Program-made: the position numbers and the translations under genes
The notes under the pieces: model-generated
What the model was told of the DNA's origin: nothing
The model's database searches: none
What the model saw: the letters and a program-made list of their open reading frames with translations, nothing else
Part shown: in pieces, positions 35,843-50,400 of the stretch
How the letters are laid out: every line of letters starts with the position of its first letter
Position numbering within the stretch: the stretch's first letter is position 1
Source of the DNA: Nemertoderma westbladi
Lineage: Eukaryota; Animalia; Xenacoelomorpha
Direction of reading: 5' to 3'
Assembly (NCBI GenBank): GCA_032718475.1
Contig: JAUCBJ010002317.1
Location: forward strand, 1-64,000
DNA: 64,000 nt

Positions 35843-36885
35843 CTCGGCTCGGTCTTGCACGATTGGGCACGATTTAGTTCGACTTGGCTTGATTGGCTCG
35901 GTTTGGCTCGATTAGGCTCGGCTCGGCTCGATCTGTCTCGACTCAGCTTGATTCGGCTCAATCAGCTCGATTGGGTTCGACTCGGCTCGGTCCAGCTCGA
36001 CTTGGCTCAATTGGGCTCGATTCAGCTCAATCTGCTCGAATCGGCTCAATTGGGATTGATTGGGCTTGACTCGGATCGATTTGGCTCAACTTGGCTCAGT
36101 CTGGCTCGATTGGGCTCGACTTGGCTCGGTCCGGCTCAATTGGGCTCGACTAGGCTTGATTGGGCTCGACCCGGCTCGATTGGGCTCGACTCGATTCGAT
36201 TTGGGCTTGACTCGGCTCAGTCTGGCTCGACTCGGCTCGATTGGGCTCGACTCAGCTTGATTGGGCTCAATCCGGGCTCAATTTGGCGTGACACGGTCGA
36301 CACGGCTCGGCTCAGCTCGGCTCGGCTCGGCTCGGCTCGGCTCGGCTCGGCTCGGCTCGGCTCGGCTCGGCTCGGATCGGCTTGGCTCGGCTCGGCTTGG
36401 CTCGGCTCGGCTCGGCTCGGCTCGGCTCGGCTCGGCTCGGCTCGGATCGGCTCGGCTCGGCCCGGCCCGGCTCGGCTCGGCTCGGTCTGAGTCGACTCAG
36501 CTCGATTCGGATCGATTGGGTTCGACTTGGCTCGGTCCGGCTTGACTTGGCTCAATTGGGCTCGATTCGGCTCAATCCACACGACTCGGCTCGAATGGGA
36601 TTGATTGGGCTTGACTTGGCTCGATTTGGCTCAACTTGGCTCAGTCCGGCTCAATTGGGTTCGACTTGGCTCGGTCCATCTCAATTGGGCTCGACTAGGC
36701 TCGATTGGGCTCGACTCGGCTCTATTGGGCTCGACTCGACTCGATTGGGCTTGACTCGGCTCAGTCTGGCTCGACTCGGCTTAATTGGGCTCAACTCGGC
36801 TCTGTTCGGCTCGATTGGGCTCGACTCGGCTTGATCACCTCGATTGGTTCTATTCGGCTCAATCGGTATGATTCGGCTCGATTGA
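35843..36885. repeat. Degenerate 5-bp-period (GCTCG/TTGGG/CTCGA) satellite with a pure (GCTCG)n core at ~36303-36485
   Basis: Directly visible. The right part is duplicated at 41142-41515. Confidence 0.9.
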
Positions 36886-39800
36886 CACACGATGCTGGAA
36901 GGGTCAAAGCCAAACTCACGTGCTGCTCGAAGGGACAAAGTCAAACAGTGTGTCTATTATTTGATGTAACTCATGAGCTGCTCGAAGGGCGCAACATCAT
37001 ATATCAAGGGACAAAGCAAAACTCACGTGCTGCTCGAAGGGACAAAGTCAAACAGTGTGTCTATTATTTGATGTAACTCACGCGCTGCTCGAAAGGCGCA
37101 AATACATTATATCGAAGGGTCAAAGCCAAACTCACGTGCTGCTCGAAGTGACAAAGTCAAACATTGTGTCTAATATTTGATTAACTCACGTGCTGCTCGA
37201 AGGGCGCAACTACATATATCGAAACAAGCCCCTGTCTTGTATTTTAATTATAACAGAAATCCTTGCCTTCAGTACAAAATATCTAAAAATTAATTTACCT
37301 GAAGTATGGGTAACATTATAAATTCGCTTTTCACACACAGTAGTTAACTAAAGCAAATACCATTCAGGTTGACTGAATGATTTTATTAATGTTTGCCATG
37401 CATAATGTACTATATTTGGGTCCCATGGCCCACCCCATTGAACAGCTTTGCTTACATCTGATAGAGAGTAATCCCAAATTAACTTCCCTCTACGAAAATT
37501 ATTTTAATTAAATACATACAACATAGCAGACAACTCTGCAATCAACAGTACGCAATAACTAAAATGGCATTCAGCTTACCAGCTATTCGCATTAAGCTAA
37601 TAGATATTCGATTTCATTCGATTCATTGAGTGTGTGAGGGCTATTGGGAGAGCAATCAGCTTATGATGTAATACATTAGAATCCCACGGCTTTTGTTTGC
37701 TTACTGTCTGAGTTGTAGAGTGAGGATAATACTTGGCAGAGAAAGCATTTCCTTGTTAGGTGGCCATTCCTATAGAATAGCATTACTAGGCTATCTCTAT
37801 CCATTTTTCATGAGTGCCAGCTGGTGTTTTTATCATTGCGCCTATGGCGTTTTTTCGTTTATGTCTATTTTTCGAGCCCACGGCTCATGGACGTGTAACT
37901 TGGCAATCGCTCAAATCCATTCAGCTGAATGGCACAGTAGAGTAAACTAAAGTAAATTCCCTATACAATGTTCTGAAGGGGAGACTGACAGAGAGTAATC
38001 CAACAATAAAACATTTTGCAATAATGTTGGCATTAATGTAGCCAACACACTGTGTACTTAAGTCATTCAGCTTACATTAGCAGAGTGAGATATTCTCATA
38101 GAATGCATTGGGAAGAGTAATTCAGCTGAGGCGATAATAGATTTCTAACTAAACCAACCAGTTAATATTTGCTTTGACAGAGTGTAGTGTCCTAGGGCCT
38201 AAACAAACAGTATGGGTGTACTAAGTACAATAATCTTGGCAACCTCATCGATTTATACTAAGCCTTGTGTAGAAATCCATTACATAAGCCATTTTTCATC
38301 ACGACACCAGCTGTTATTGGTGTTATTTTACCATTGCGCCTATGGCGTTTTTTCGTTTATGTCTATTTTTCGAGCCCACGGCTCATGGACGAAATAGCGG
38401 AACATACCAGGGACCTTAGAATCGCGGTATCCAGCCGCTGTGAAAATTTCATCAAAATCGTTAGAGTAGTTTTGGCTATAGATTAACCAGCCAGCCAGTC
38501 AGCCAACAATTCTTACAGTAATGAACCTCTCGGTTCCTAACTAGTGACGGGCCTAGCGGCCCGATAAGGAACCGACTTTTTATTTTAAATAAAAGAGACA
38601 ACGAGAATTAGTATAGAACTAATAGTTATGTAAAAATACAATCATATTTCATACAATAATTATTAATAAATTCGATATATTATTAGTTGCTCAATTCTAG
38701 AACAAAATCGACCTGCAACTAGTGAAGACCTCGTTTTGGTAATTTCGAAACCACGCTGGTGCGATGCGCGATATCGTGTTTAGTTAATAAATTGAAAACT
38801 CCATCAATTCATGTGCAACCAGTAATAAGAAATCGCTATAAATGTAATTAAATAAAAATTATTCTAGAAAAATTTTCCTCAAAAAGTATGAAGTCTTGGC
38901 ATTGGTGACGCGAAACTAGGCTAGTGAGATTCAGGATATTGCGTTTAATATAAAAATCGAAATCGCTATCGAATTCCGTAAAGGCGTTAATAAAATACTG
39001 CAACTTTTTTGAAATTTGTAAAATTCTAGAACTAGAAAAAAATAATTTTTGAACGGCGCTGTTTGGGGTTTCGAAACATGGATAGGCTGAAAGAGGACAT
39101 CGAATTAAGTTGAAAAATGAAAACCCCATCGAATTTGGACAAACCGTTCCGGAGTTATAGCGGATCGAAAAAAATTGACCCCCCCCAGTCGCCAAAAATT
39201 TACAGTAATTTAAAATTTTGCAAAAAAAATTTTTTGCGTTATTTTTGATGGCGAATCGATTGGCAGTACTGGCTACGAAAAAATTTTTTTGAAATTTTTG
39301 GTCAGAAAAAAAAACATGGAAAAAGTATATTCTTAAAAAGATTTGATGTCTTTGCCTATGGTCAGAGAATGATCCAACTCTGTAACTTGGCAATCGCTCA
39401 AATCCATTCAGCTGAATGGCACAGTAGAGTAAACTAAAGTAAATTCCCTATACAATGTTCTGAAGGGGTGACTGACAGAGAGTAATCCAACAATAAAACA
39501 TTTTGCAATAATGTTGGCATTAATGTAGCCAACTCACTGTGTACGTAACAGTCATTCAGCTTACATTAGCAGAGTGAGATATTTCCATAGATTGCATTGG
39601 GAAGAGTAATTCAGCTGAGGCGATAATAGATTTCAAACTAAACCAACCACCAGTCAATGTTTGCTTTGACAGAGAGTGCAGGGCCTAAACAAACAGTATG
39701 GGTGTACTAAGTACAATAATCTTGGCAACCTCATCGATTTATTACTAAGCCTTGTGTAGAAATGCATTACATAAACCATTTTTCATCAGGACACCAGCTG

Positions 39801-40030
39801 TCATTGGTATTATTTTACCATTGCGCCTATGGCGTTTTTTCGTTTATGTCTATTTTTCGAGCCCACGGCTCATGGACGAAATAGCGGAACATACCAGGGA
39901 CCTTAGAATCGCGGTATCTAGCCGCTGTAAAAATTTCATCAAAATCGTTAGAGTAGTTTTGGCTGTAGGTCAGTCAGTCAGTCAGTCAGTCAGTCAGTCA
40001 ATCAGTCAGCCACGAGCAATTCTTACAGTA
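36512..40030 (+). repeat. ~3.5-kb direct duplication, copy 1 (copy 2 = 41142-44655)
   Basis: Identical ORF translations recur at a constant 4630-bp offset (36681/41311, 37693/42323, 38212/42842, 38848/43478). The private junction CATGGACGTGTAACTTGG occurs at both 37887 and 42517. Confidence 0.92.
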
Positions 40031-40046
40031 ATCAAGTCTAACGACG

Positions 40047-41142
40047 TAGCAAGTCGTTAGACTTGATTACTGTAAGAATTGCTCGTGGCTGACTGATTGA
40101 CTGACTGACTGACTGACTGACTGACTGACCTACAGCCAAAACTACTCTAACGATTTTGATGAAATTTTCACAGCATCTAGATACCGCGATTCTAAGGTCC
40201 CTGGCATGATCGGCTACTCCGTCCATAGCCTCTGTGTTCGAAAAAAAGAGATAAACGAAAAAAACGCCATAGGCGCAATGGTAAAATAACACCAATGACA
40301 GCTGGTGTCCTGATGAAAAATGGCTTATGTAATGCAATTCTACACAAGGCTTAGTATTAAATCGATGAGGTTGCCAAGAGTATTATACTTAGTACACCCA
40401 TACTGTTTGTTTAGGCCCTACCAACCACTCTGTGCAAACAAACATCAACTGGTTGGTTTGCTATTCTATAGGGAGCCACCTAACAAGGAAGTACATACAG
40501 TGCCAACTTTATAATCATTCACTGGGTTAGGCGGCTATTACAGCCTCAGCTGAATAACTCTTCCCAATGCTTTCTATGGCGATCTACAAGGTTACTCTCT
40601 CTTCTATGTTAATTGACGTGTAAGCTGATTGACTGTTAGTTACACAGTGTGTTGGGTACTATTGGATTGCACTGTATTTATAATAATAATTGTTTTATTT
40701 TTAAATCTTTCGGCCAACATTAATTCTGTGGAGGCAGTATGCTTATAAGGTGGAATGTTTACTCAGCCTCATACTGATACTGTGTAAGGCTAACACTAAC
40801 ATTATAGTTTGAAATATATATATCACTGCTTATTATCCGTATCAGGATACACACTGTGGCATTCTAAATGTTTTATACTGTAGGTGATTGACATTGTGCA
40901 AGCTGAATGACTGTTAGTTCTTTCAGACCATAGCCAAACATTGTTGAGGGAATTTAGTTTAGTTCACTCTACTGTGCCATTCAACTGAATGAATTTGAGC
41001 AATTGCCAAATTACAGAGTGGGATCTCTCTCTGACCATAGGTAAATAGCCCTTCCATTCTGACCATAGGTAAACATTGTTGAGGGAATTTATATTTGATT
41101 GATGACTTCCGACTTGCTTAACGGCGTCTTGACGCCGTCTCT
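40047..41142 (+). mobile_element. Inverted type-2 HINE unit between the two duplicated segments
   Basis: Begins TAGCAAGTCGTTAGACTTGATTACTGTAAG and ends CCGACTTGCTTAACGGCGTCTTGACGCCGTCTCT (terminal AG missing). Confidence 0.85.
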
Positions 41143-44100
41143 CGATTGGGTTCGACTTGGCTCGGTCCGGCTTGACTTGGCTCAATTGGGCTCGATTCGG
41201 CTCAATCCACACGACTCGGCTCGAATGGGATTGATTGGGCTTGACTTGGCTCGATTTGGCTCAACTTGGCTCAGTCCGGCTCAATTGGGTTCGACTTGGC
41301 TCGGTCCATCTCAATTGGGCTCGACTAGGCTCGATTGGGCTCGACTCGGCTCTATTGGGCTCGACTCGACTCGATTGGGCTTGACTCGGCTCAGTCTGGC
41401 TCGACTCGGCTTAATTGGGCTCAACTCGGCTCTGTTCGGCTCGATTGGGCTCGACTCGGCTTGATCACCTCGATTGGTTCTATTCGGCTCAATCGGTATG
41501 ATTCGGCTCGATTGACACACGATGCTGGAAGGGTCAAAGCCAAACTCACGTGCTGCTCGAAGGGACAAAGTCAAACAGTGTGTCTATTATTTGATGTAAC
41601 TCATGAGCTGCTCGAAGGGCGCAACATCATATATCAAGGGACAAAGCAAAACTCACGTGCTGCTCGAAGGGACAAAGTCAAACAGTGTGTCTATTATTTG
41701 ATGTAACTCACGCGCTGCTCGAAAGGCGCAAATACATTATATCGAAGGGTCAAAGCCAAACTCACGTGCTGCTCGAAGTGACAAAGTCAAACATTGTGTC
41801 TAATATTTGATTAACTCACGTGCTGCTCGAAGGGCGCAACTACATATATCGAAACAAGCCCCTGTCTTGTATTTTAATTATAACAGAAATCCTTGCCTTC
41901 AGTACAAAATATCTAAAAATTAATTTACCTGAAGTATGGGTAACATTATAAATTCGCTTTTCACACACAGTAGTTAACTAAAGCAAATACCATTCAGGTT
42001 GACTGAATGATTTTATTAATGTTTGCCATGCATAATGTACTATATTTGGGTCCCATGGCCCACCCCATTGAACAGCTTTGCTTACATCTGATAGAGAGTA
42101 ATCCCAAATTAACTTCCCTCTACGAAAATTATTTTAATTAAATACATACAACATAGCAGACAACTCTGCAATCAACAGTACGCAATAACTAAAATGGCAT
42201 TCAGCTTACCAGCTATTCGCATTAAGCTAATAGATATTCGATTTCATTCGATTCATTGAGTGTGTGAGGGCTATTGGGAGAGCAATCAGCTTATGATGTA
42301 ATACATTAGAATCCCACGGCTTTTGTTTGCTTACTGTCTGAGTTGTAGAGTGAGGATAATACTTGGCAGAGAAAGCATTTCCTTGTTAGGTGGCCATTCC
42401 TATAGAATAGCATTACTAGGCTATCTCTATCCATTTTTCATGAGTGCCAGCTGGTGTTTTTATCATTGCGCCTATGGCGTTTTTTCGTTTATGTCTATTT
42501 TTCGAGCCCACGGCTCATGGACGTGTAACTTGGCAATCGCTCAAATCCATTCAGCTGAATGGCACAGTAGAGTAAACTAAAGTAAATTCCCTATACAATG
42601 TTCTGAAGGGGAGACTGACAGAGAGTAATCCAACAATAAAACATTTTGCAATAATGTTGGCATTAATGTAGCCAACACACTGTGTACTTAAGTCATTCAG
42701 CTTACATTAGCAGAGTGAGATATTCTCATAGAATGCATTGGGAAGAGTAATTCAGCTGAGGCGATAATAGATTTCTAACTAAACCAACCAGTTAATATTT
42801 GCTTTGACAGAGTGTAGTGTCCTAGGGCCTAAACAAACAGTATGGGTGTACTAAGTACAATAATCTTGGCAACCTCATCGATTTATACTAAGCCTTGTGT
42901 AGAAATCCATTACATAAGCCATTTTTCATCACGACACCAGCTGTTATTGGTGTTATTTTACCATTGCGCCTATGGCGTTTTTTCGTTTATGTCTATTTTT
43001 CGAGCCCACGGCTCATGGACGAAATAGCGGAACATACCAGGGACCTTAGAATCGCGGTATCCAGCCGCTGTGAAAATTTCATCAAAATCGTTAGAGTAGT
43101 TTTGGCTATAGATTAACCAGCCAGCCAGTCAGCCAACAATTCTTACAGTAATGAACCTCTCGGTTCCTAACTAGTGACGGGCCTAGCGGCCCGATAAGGA
43201 ACCGACTTTTTATTTTAAATAAAAGAGACAACGAGAATTAGTATAGAACTAATAGTTATGTAAAAATACAATCATATTTCATACAATAATTATTAATAAA
43301 TTCGATATATTATTAGTTGCTCAATTCTAGAACAAAATCGACCTGCAACTAGTGAAGACCTCGTTTTGGTAATTTCGAAACCACGCTGGTGCGATGCGCG
43401 ATATCGTGTTTAGTTAATAAATTGAAAACTCCATCAATTCATGTGCAACCAGTAATAAGAAATCGCTATAAATGTAATTAAATAAAAATTATTCTAGAAA
43501 AATTTTCCTCAAAAAGTATGAAGTCTTGGCATTGGTGACGCGAAACTAGGCTAGTGAGATTCAGGATATTGCGTTTAATATAAAAATCGAAATCGCTATC
43601 GAATTCCGTAAAGGCGTTAATAAAATACTGCAACTTTTTTGAAATTTGTAAAATTCTAGAACTAGAAAAAAATAATTTTTGAACGGCGCTGTTTGGGGTT
43701 TCGAAACATGGATAGGCTGAAAGAGGACATCGAATTAAGTTGAAAAATGAAAACCCCATCGAATTTGGACAAAGCGTTCCGGAGTTATAGCGGATCGAAA
43801 AAAATTGACCCCCCCCAGTCGCCAAAAATTTACAGTAATTTAAAATTTTGCAAAAAAAATTTTTTGCGTTATTTTTGATGGCGAATCGATTGGCAGTACT
43901 GGCTACGAAAAAATTTTTTTGAAATTTTTGGTCAGAAAAAAAAACATGGAAAAAGTATATTCTTAAAAAGATTTGATGTCTTTGCCTATGGTCAGAGAAT
44001 GATCCAACTCTGTAACTTGGCAATCGCTCAAATCCATTCAGCTGAATGGCACAGTAGAGTAAACTAAAGTAAATTCCCTATACAATGTTCTGAAGGGGTG

Positions 44101-46235
44101 ACTGACAGAGAGTAATCCAACAATAAAACATTTTGCAATAATGTTGGCATTAATGTAGCCAACTCACTGTGTACGTAACAGTCATTCAGCTTACATTAGC
44201 AGAGTGAGATATTTCCATAGATTGCATTGGGAAGAGTAATTCAGCTGAGGCGATAATAGATTTCAAACTAAACCACCACCAGTTAATGTTTGCTTTGACA
44301 GAGAGTGCAGGGCCTAAACAAACAGTATGGGTGTACTAAGTACAATAATCTTGGCAACCTCATCGATTTATACTAAGCCTTGTGTAGAAATGCATTACAT
44401 AAGCCATTTTTCATCAGGACACCAGCTGTCATTGGTGTTATTTTACCATTGCGCCTATGGCGTTTTTTCGTTTATGTCTATTTTTCGAGCCCACGGCTCA
44501 TGGACGAAATAGCGGAACATACCAGGGACCTTAGAATCGCGGTATCTAGCCGCTGTGAAAATTTCATCAAAATCGTTAGAGTAGTTTTGGCTGTAGGTCA
44601 GTCAGTCAGTCAGTCAGTCCAGTCAATCAGTCAGCCACGAGCAATTCTTACAGTAATGAACCTCTCGGTTCCTAACTAGTGACGGGCCTAGCGGCCCGAT
44701 AAGGAACCGACTTTTTATTTTAAATAAAAGAGACAACGAGAATTAGTATAGAACTAATAATTATGTAAAAATACAATCATATTTCATACAATAATTATTA
44801 ATAAATTCGATCTATTATTAGTTGCTCAATTCTAGAACAAAATCGACCTGCAACTAGTGAAGACCTCGTTTTGGAATTTCGAAACCACGCTGGTGCGATG
44901 CGCGATATCGTGTTTAGTTAATAAATTGAAAACTCCATCAATTCATGTGCAACCAGTAATAAGAAATCGCGATAAATGTAATTAAATAAAAATTATTCTA
45001 GAAAAATTTTCCTCAAAAAGTATGAAGTCTTGGCATTGGTGACGCGAAACTAGGCTAGTGAGATTCAGGATATTGCGTTTAATATAAAAATCGAAAACGC
45101 TATCGAATTCCGTAAAGGCGTTAATAAAATACTGCAACTTTTTTGAAATTTGTAAAATTCTAGAACTAGAAAAAATTAATTTTTGAACGGCGCTGTTTGG
45201 GGTTTCGAAACATGGATAGGCTGAAAGAGGACATCGAATTAAGTTGAAAAATGAAAACCCCATCGAATTTGGACAAAGCGTTCCGGAGTTATAGCGGATC
45301 GAAAAAAATTGACCCCCCCCAGTCGCCAAAAATTTACAGTAATTTAAAATTTTGCAAAAAAAATTTTTTGCGTTATTTTTGATGGCGAATCGATTGGCAG
45401 TACTGGCTACGAAAAATTTTTTTTTGAAATTTTTGGTCAGAAAAAAAAACATGGAAAAAGTATATTTTTAAAAAGATTTGATGTCTTTGCCTATGGTCAG
45501 AGAATGATCCAACTCTGTAACTTGGCAATCGCTCAAATCCATTCAGCTGAATGGCACAGTAGAGTAAACTAAAGTATATTCCCTATACAATGTTCTGAAG
45601 GGGAGACTGACAGAGAGTCCAACAATAAAACATTTTGCAATAATGTTGACATTAATGTAGCCAACTCACTGTGTACTTAAGTCATTCAGCTTACATTAGC
45701 AGAGGGAGATATTCCCATAGAGTGCGCATTGGGAAGAGTAATTCAGCTGAGGCAATAATAGATTTCAAACTAAACCAACCAGTTAATATTTGCTTTGACA
45801 GAGTGTCCTAGGGCCTAAACAAACAGTATGGGTGTACTAAGTACAATAATCTTGGCAACCTCATCGATTTATACTAAGCCTTGTGTAGAAATCCATTACA
45901 TAAGCCATTTTTCATCACGACACCAGCTGTTATTGGTGTTATTTTACCATTGCGCCTATGGCGTTTTTTCGTTTATGTCTATTTTTCGAGCCCACGGCTC
46001 ATGGACGAAATAGCGGAACATACCAGGGACCTTAGAATCGCGGTATCCAGCCGCTGTGAAAATTTCATCAAAATCGTTAGAGTAGTTTTGGCTGTAGATC
46101 AGCCAGTCAGTCAGCCAGCCAGTCAATCAATCAGCCAACAATTCTTACAGTAATGAACCTCTCGGTTCCTAACTAGTGACGGGCCTAGCGGCCCGATAAG
46201 GAACCGACTTTTTATTTCAAATAAAAGAGACAACG

Positions 46236-47040
46236 AGCTCGGCTCGGTCTTGCACGATTGGGCACGATTAAGTTCGACTTGGCTTGATTGGCTCGGTTTG
46301 GCTCGGCTCGGCTCGGTTCGGCTCGGCTCGGCTCGGCTCGGCTCGGCTCGGCTCGGCTCGGCTCGGCTCGGCTCGGCTCGGCTCGGCTCGGCTCGGCTCG
46401 GCTCGGCTCGGCTCGGCTCGGCTCGGCTCGGCTCGGCTCGGCTTGGCTCGGCTCGGCTTGGCTCGGCTCGGCTAGGCTCGGCTCGGCTCGATTAGGCTCG
46501 GCTCAGCTCGGCTCGGCTTGGCTCGGCCTGGCTCGGCTCGGCTTGGCTCGGCTCGGCTCGGCTCGGCTCGGCTCGGCTCGGCTCGGCTCAGCTCGGCTCG
46601 GCTCGGCTCGACTCGGCTCGGCTCGGCTCGGCCTGGCTCGGCTTGGCTCAGCCTGGCTCGGCTCGGCTTGGCTCGGCCTGGCTCGGCTCGGCACGGCTCG
46701 GCTCGGCTCGGTTCGGCTCGGCTTGGCACGGCACGGCTCGGCTCGGTTCGGCTCGGCTTGGCTCGGCTCGGCTCGGCTCGGCTCGTCTTGGCTTGGCTCG
46801 GCTCGGCTCGGCTCGGCTCGGCTCGGCTCGGCTCGGCTCGGCTCGGCTCGGCTCGGCTCGGCTCGGCTCGGCTCGGCTCGGCTCGGCTCGGCTCGGCTCG
46901 GCTCGGCTCGGCTCGGCTCGGCTCGGCTCGGCTCGGCTCGGCTCGGCTCGGCTCGGCTCGGCTCGGCTCGGCTCGGCTCGGCTCGGCTTGGCTCGGCTCG
47001 GCTCGGCTCGGCTCGGCTCGGCTCGGCTTGGCTCGGTCTG
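46236..47040. repeat. (GCTCG)n microsatellite, ~0.8 kb
   Basis: Directly visible. Confidence 0.97.
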
Positions 47041-47051
47041 AGTCGACTCCC

Positions 47052-47410
47052 CGTGCTGCTCGAAGGGTGCAAATACATATATGGAAGGGTCAAAGCAAAA
47101 CTCACGTGCTGCTCGAAGGGACAAAGTCAAACAATGTGTCTATTATTTGATGTAATTCACGTGCTGCTCGAAGGGCGCAAATACATATATCGAAGGGTCA
47201 AAGCAAAACTCACGTGCTGCTCGAAGGGACAAAGTCAAACAATGTGTCTATTATTTGATGTAATTCACGTGCTGCTCGAAGGGCGCAAATACATATATCG
47301 AAGGGTCAAAGCAAAACTCACGTGCTGCTCGAAGGGACAAAGTCAAACATTGTGTCTATTATTTGATCATCTCACGTGCTGCTAGAAGGGCGCAACTACA
47401 TATATCGAAA
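47052..47410. repeat. 108-bp dimeric subrepeat (two alternating ~54-bp units starting CACGTGCTGCTCGAAGGG) of B-type units
   Basis: About 3 dimers here and 2-3 at 34085-34335, 36890-37225, 41520-41855 and 52165-52415. Confidence 0.85.
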
Positions 47411-50400
47411 CAAGCCCCTGTCTTGTATTTTAATTATATCAGAAATCGTTGCCTTCAGTACAAATATCTAAAAATTCATTCACCTGAAGTATGGGTAACA
47501 TTATAAATTCGTTTTTCGCACAGTAGAGTTAACTAAGCAAATACCCTCCAGGTTGACTGAATGATTTTATTAATGTTTGCCATGCATAATGAGCTATATT
47601 TGGGTCCCATGACCCACCCCATTGAACAGCTTTGCTTACATCTGATAGAAAGTAATCCCAAATTAACTTCCCTCTACGAAAATTATTTTAATTAAATACA
47701 TACAACATAGCAGCAGTCAACTCTGCTATCAACAGTACACAATAACTAAAATGGCATTCAGCTTACCAGCTATTCGCATTAAGCTAATAGATATTCGATT
47801 TCATTGGATTCAGTGAGTGTGTGAGGGCTATTGGGAGAGCAATCAGCTTATGATGTAATACATTAGAATCCCACAGCTTTTGTTTGCTTACTGTCTGAGT
47901 TGTAGAGTGAGGATAATACTTGGCAGAGAAAGCATTTCCTTGTTAGGTGGCCATTCCTATAGAATAGCATTACTAGGCCATCTCTATGCATTTTTCATGA
48001 GTGCCAGCTGGTGTTTTTATCATTGCGCCTATGGCGTTTTTTCGTTTATGTCTATTTTTCGAGCCCACGGCTCATGGACAAAATAGCGGAACATTCCAGG
48101 GACCTTAGAATCGCGGTATCTAGCCGCTGTGAAAATTTCATCAAAATCGTTAGAGTAGTTTTGGCTGTAGATCAGTCAGCCAGCCAGCCAGTCTCGAGCA
48201 ATTCTTACAGTAATGAACCTCTCGTTTTTTCGTTTATGTCTATTTTTCGAGCCCACGGCTCATGGACAAAATAGCGGAACATTCCAGGGACCTTAGAATC
48301 GCGGTATCTAGCCGCTGTGAAAATTTCATCAAAATCGTTAGAGTAGTTTTGGCTGTAGATCAGTCAGCCAGCCAGCCAGTCTCGAGCAATTCTTACAGTA
48401 ATGAACCTCTCGGTTCCTAACTAGCGGCCCGATAAGGAACCGACTTTTTATTTCAAATAAAAGAGACAACGAGAATTATTATAGAACTAATAATTATGTA
48501 AAAATACAATCATATTTCATACAATAATTATTAATAAATTCGATCTATTATTAGTTACTCAATTCTAGAACAAAATCGACCTGCAACTAGTGAAGACCTC
48601 GTTTTGGAATTTCGAAACCACGCTGGTGCGATGCGCGATATCGTGTTTAGTTAATAAATTGAAAACTCCATCAATTCATGTGCAACCAGTAATAAGAAAT
48701 CGCGATAAATGTAATTAAATAAAAATTATTCTAGAAAAATTTTCCTCAAAAAGTATGAAGTCTTGGCGTTGGTGACGCGAAACTAGGCTAGTGAGATTCA
48801 GGATATTGCGTTTAATATAAAAATTGAAAACGCTATCGAATTCCGTAAAGGCGTTAATAAAATACTGCAACTTTTTTGAAATTTGTAAAATTCTAGAACT
48901 AGAAAAAATTAATTTTTGAACGGCGCTGTTTGAGGTTTCGAAACATGGATAGGCTGAAAGAGGACATCGAATTAAGTTGAAAAATGAAAACCCCATCGAA
49001 TTTGGACAAAGCGTTCCGGAGTTATAGCGGATCGAAAAAAATTGACCCCCCCCAGTCGCCAAAAATTTACAGTAATTTAAAATTTTGCAAAAAAAATTTT
49101 TTGCGTTATTTTTGATGGCGAATCGATTGGCAGTACTGGCTACGAAAAATTTTTTTTGAAATTTTTGGTCAGAAAAAAAAACATGGAAAAAGATTTAAAA
49201 AAGATTTGATGTCTTTGCCTATGGTCAGAGAATGATCCAACTCTGTAACTTGGCAATCGCTCAAATCCATTCAGCTGAATGGCACAGTAGAGTAAACTAA
49301 AGTAAATTCCCTATACAATGTTCTGAAGGGGAGACTGACAGAGAGTAATCCAACAATAATACATGTTGCAATAATGTTGGCATTAATGTAGCCAACTCAC
49401 TGTGTACGTAACAGTCATTCAGCTTACATTAGCAGAGTGAGATATTCTCATAGATTGCATTGGGAAGAGTAATTCAGCTGAGGAGATATTAGATTTCAAA
49501 CTAAACCAACCCGTTAATGTTTGCTTTGACAGAGAGTGGTGGCCTATACAAACAGTATGGGTGTACTGAGTATAATAATCTTGGCAACCTCATCGATTTA
49601 TTACTAAGCCTTCTGTAGAAATGCATTACATAAGCCATTTTTCATCACGACACCAGCTGTTATTGGTGTTATTTTACCATTGCGCCTATGGCGTTTTTTC
49701 GTTTATGTCTATTTTTCGAGCCCACGGCTCATGGACGAAATAGCGGAACATACCAGGGACCTTAGAATCGCGGTATCAAGCCACTGTGAAAATTTCATCA
49801 AAATCGTTAGAGTAGTTTTGGCTGTAGATCAGCCAGTCAGTCAGCCAGCCAGTCAATCAATCAGCCAACAATTCTTACAGTAATGAACCTCTCGGTTCCT
49901 AACTAGCGGCCCGATAAGGAACCGACTTTTTATTTCAAATAAAAGAGACAACGAGAATTATTATAGAACTAATAATTATGTAAAAATACAATCATATTTC
50001 ATACAATAATTATTAATAAATTCGATCTATTATTAGTTACTCAATTCTAGAACAAAATCGACCTGCAACTAGTGAAGACCTCGTTTTGGAATTTCGAAAC
50101 CACGCTGGTGCGATGCGCGATATCGTGTTTAGTTAATAAATTGAAAACTCCATCAATTCATGTGCAACCAGTAATAAGAAATCGCGATAAATGTAATTAA
50201 ATAAAAATTATTCTAGAAAAATTTTCCTCAAAAAGTATGAAGTCTTGGCGTTGGTGACGCGAAACTAGGCTAGTGAGATTCAGGATATTGCGTTTAATAT
50301 AAAAATCGAAAACGCTATCGAATTCCGTAAAGGCGTTAATAAAATACTGAAACTTTTTTGAAATTTGTAAAATTCTAGAACTGGAAAAAATTATTTTTTG

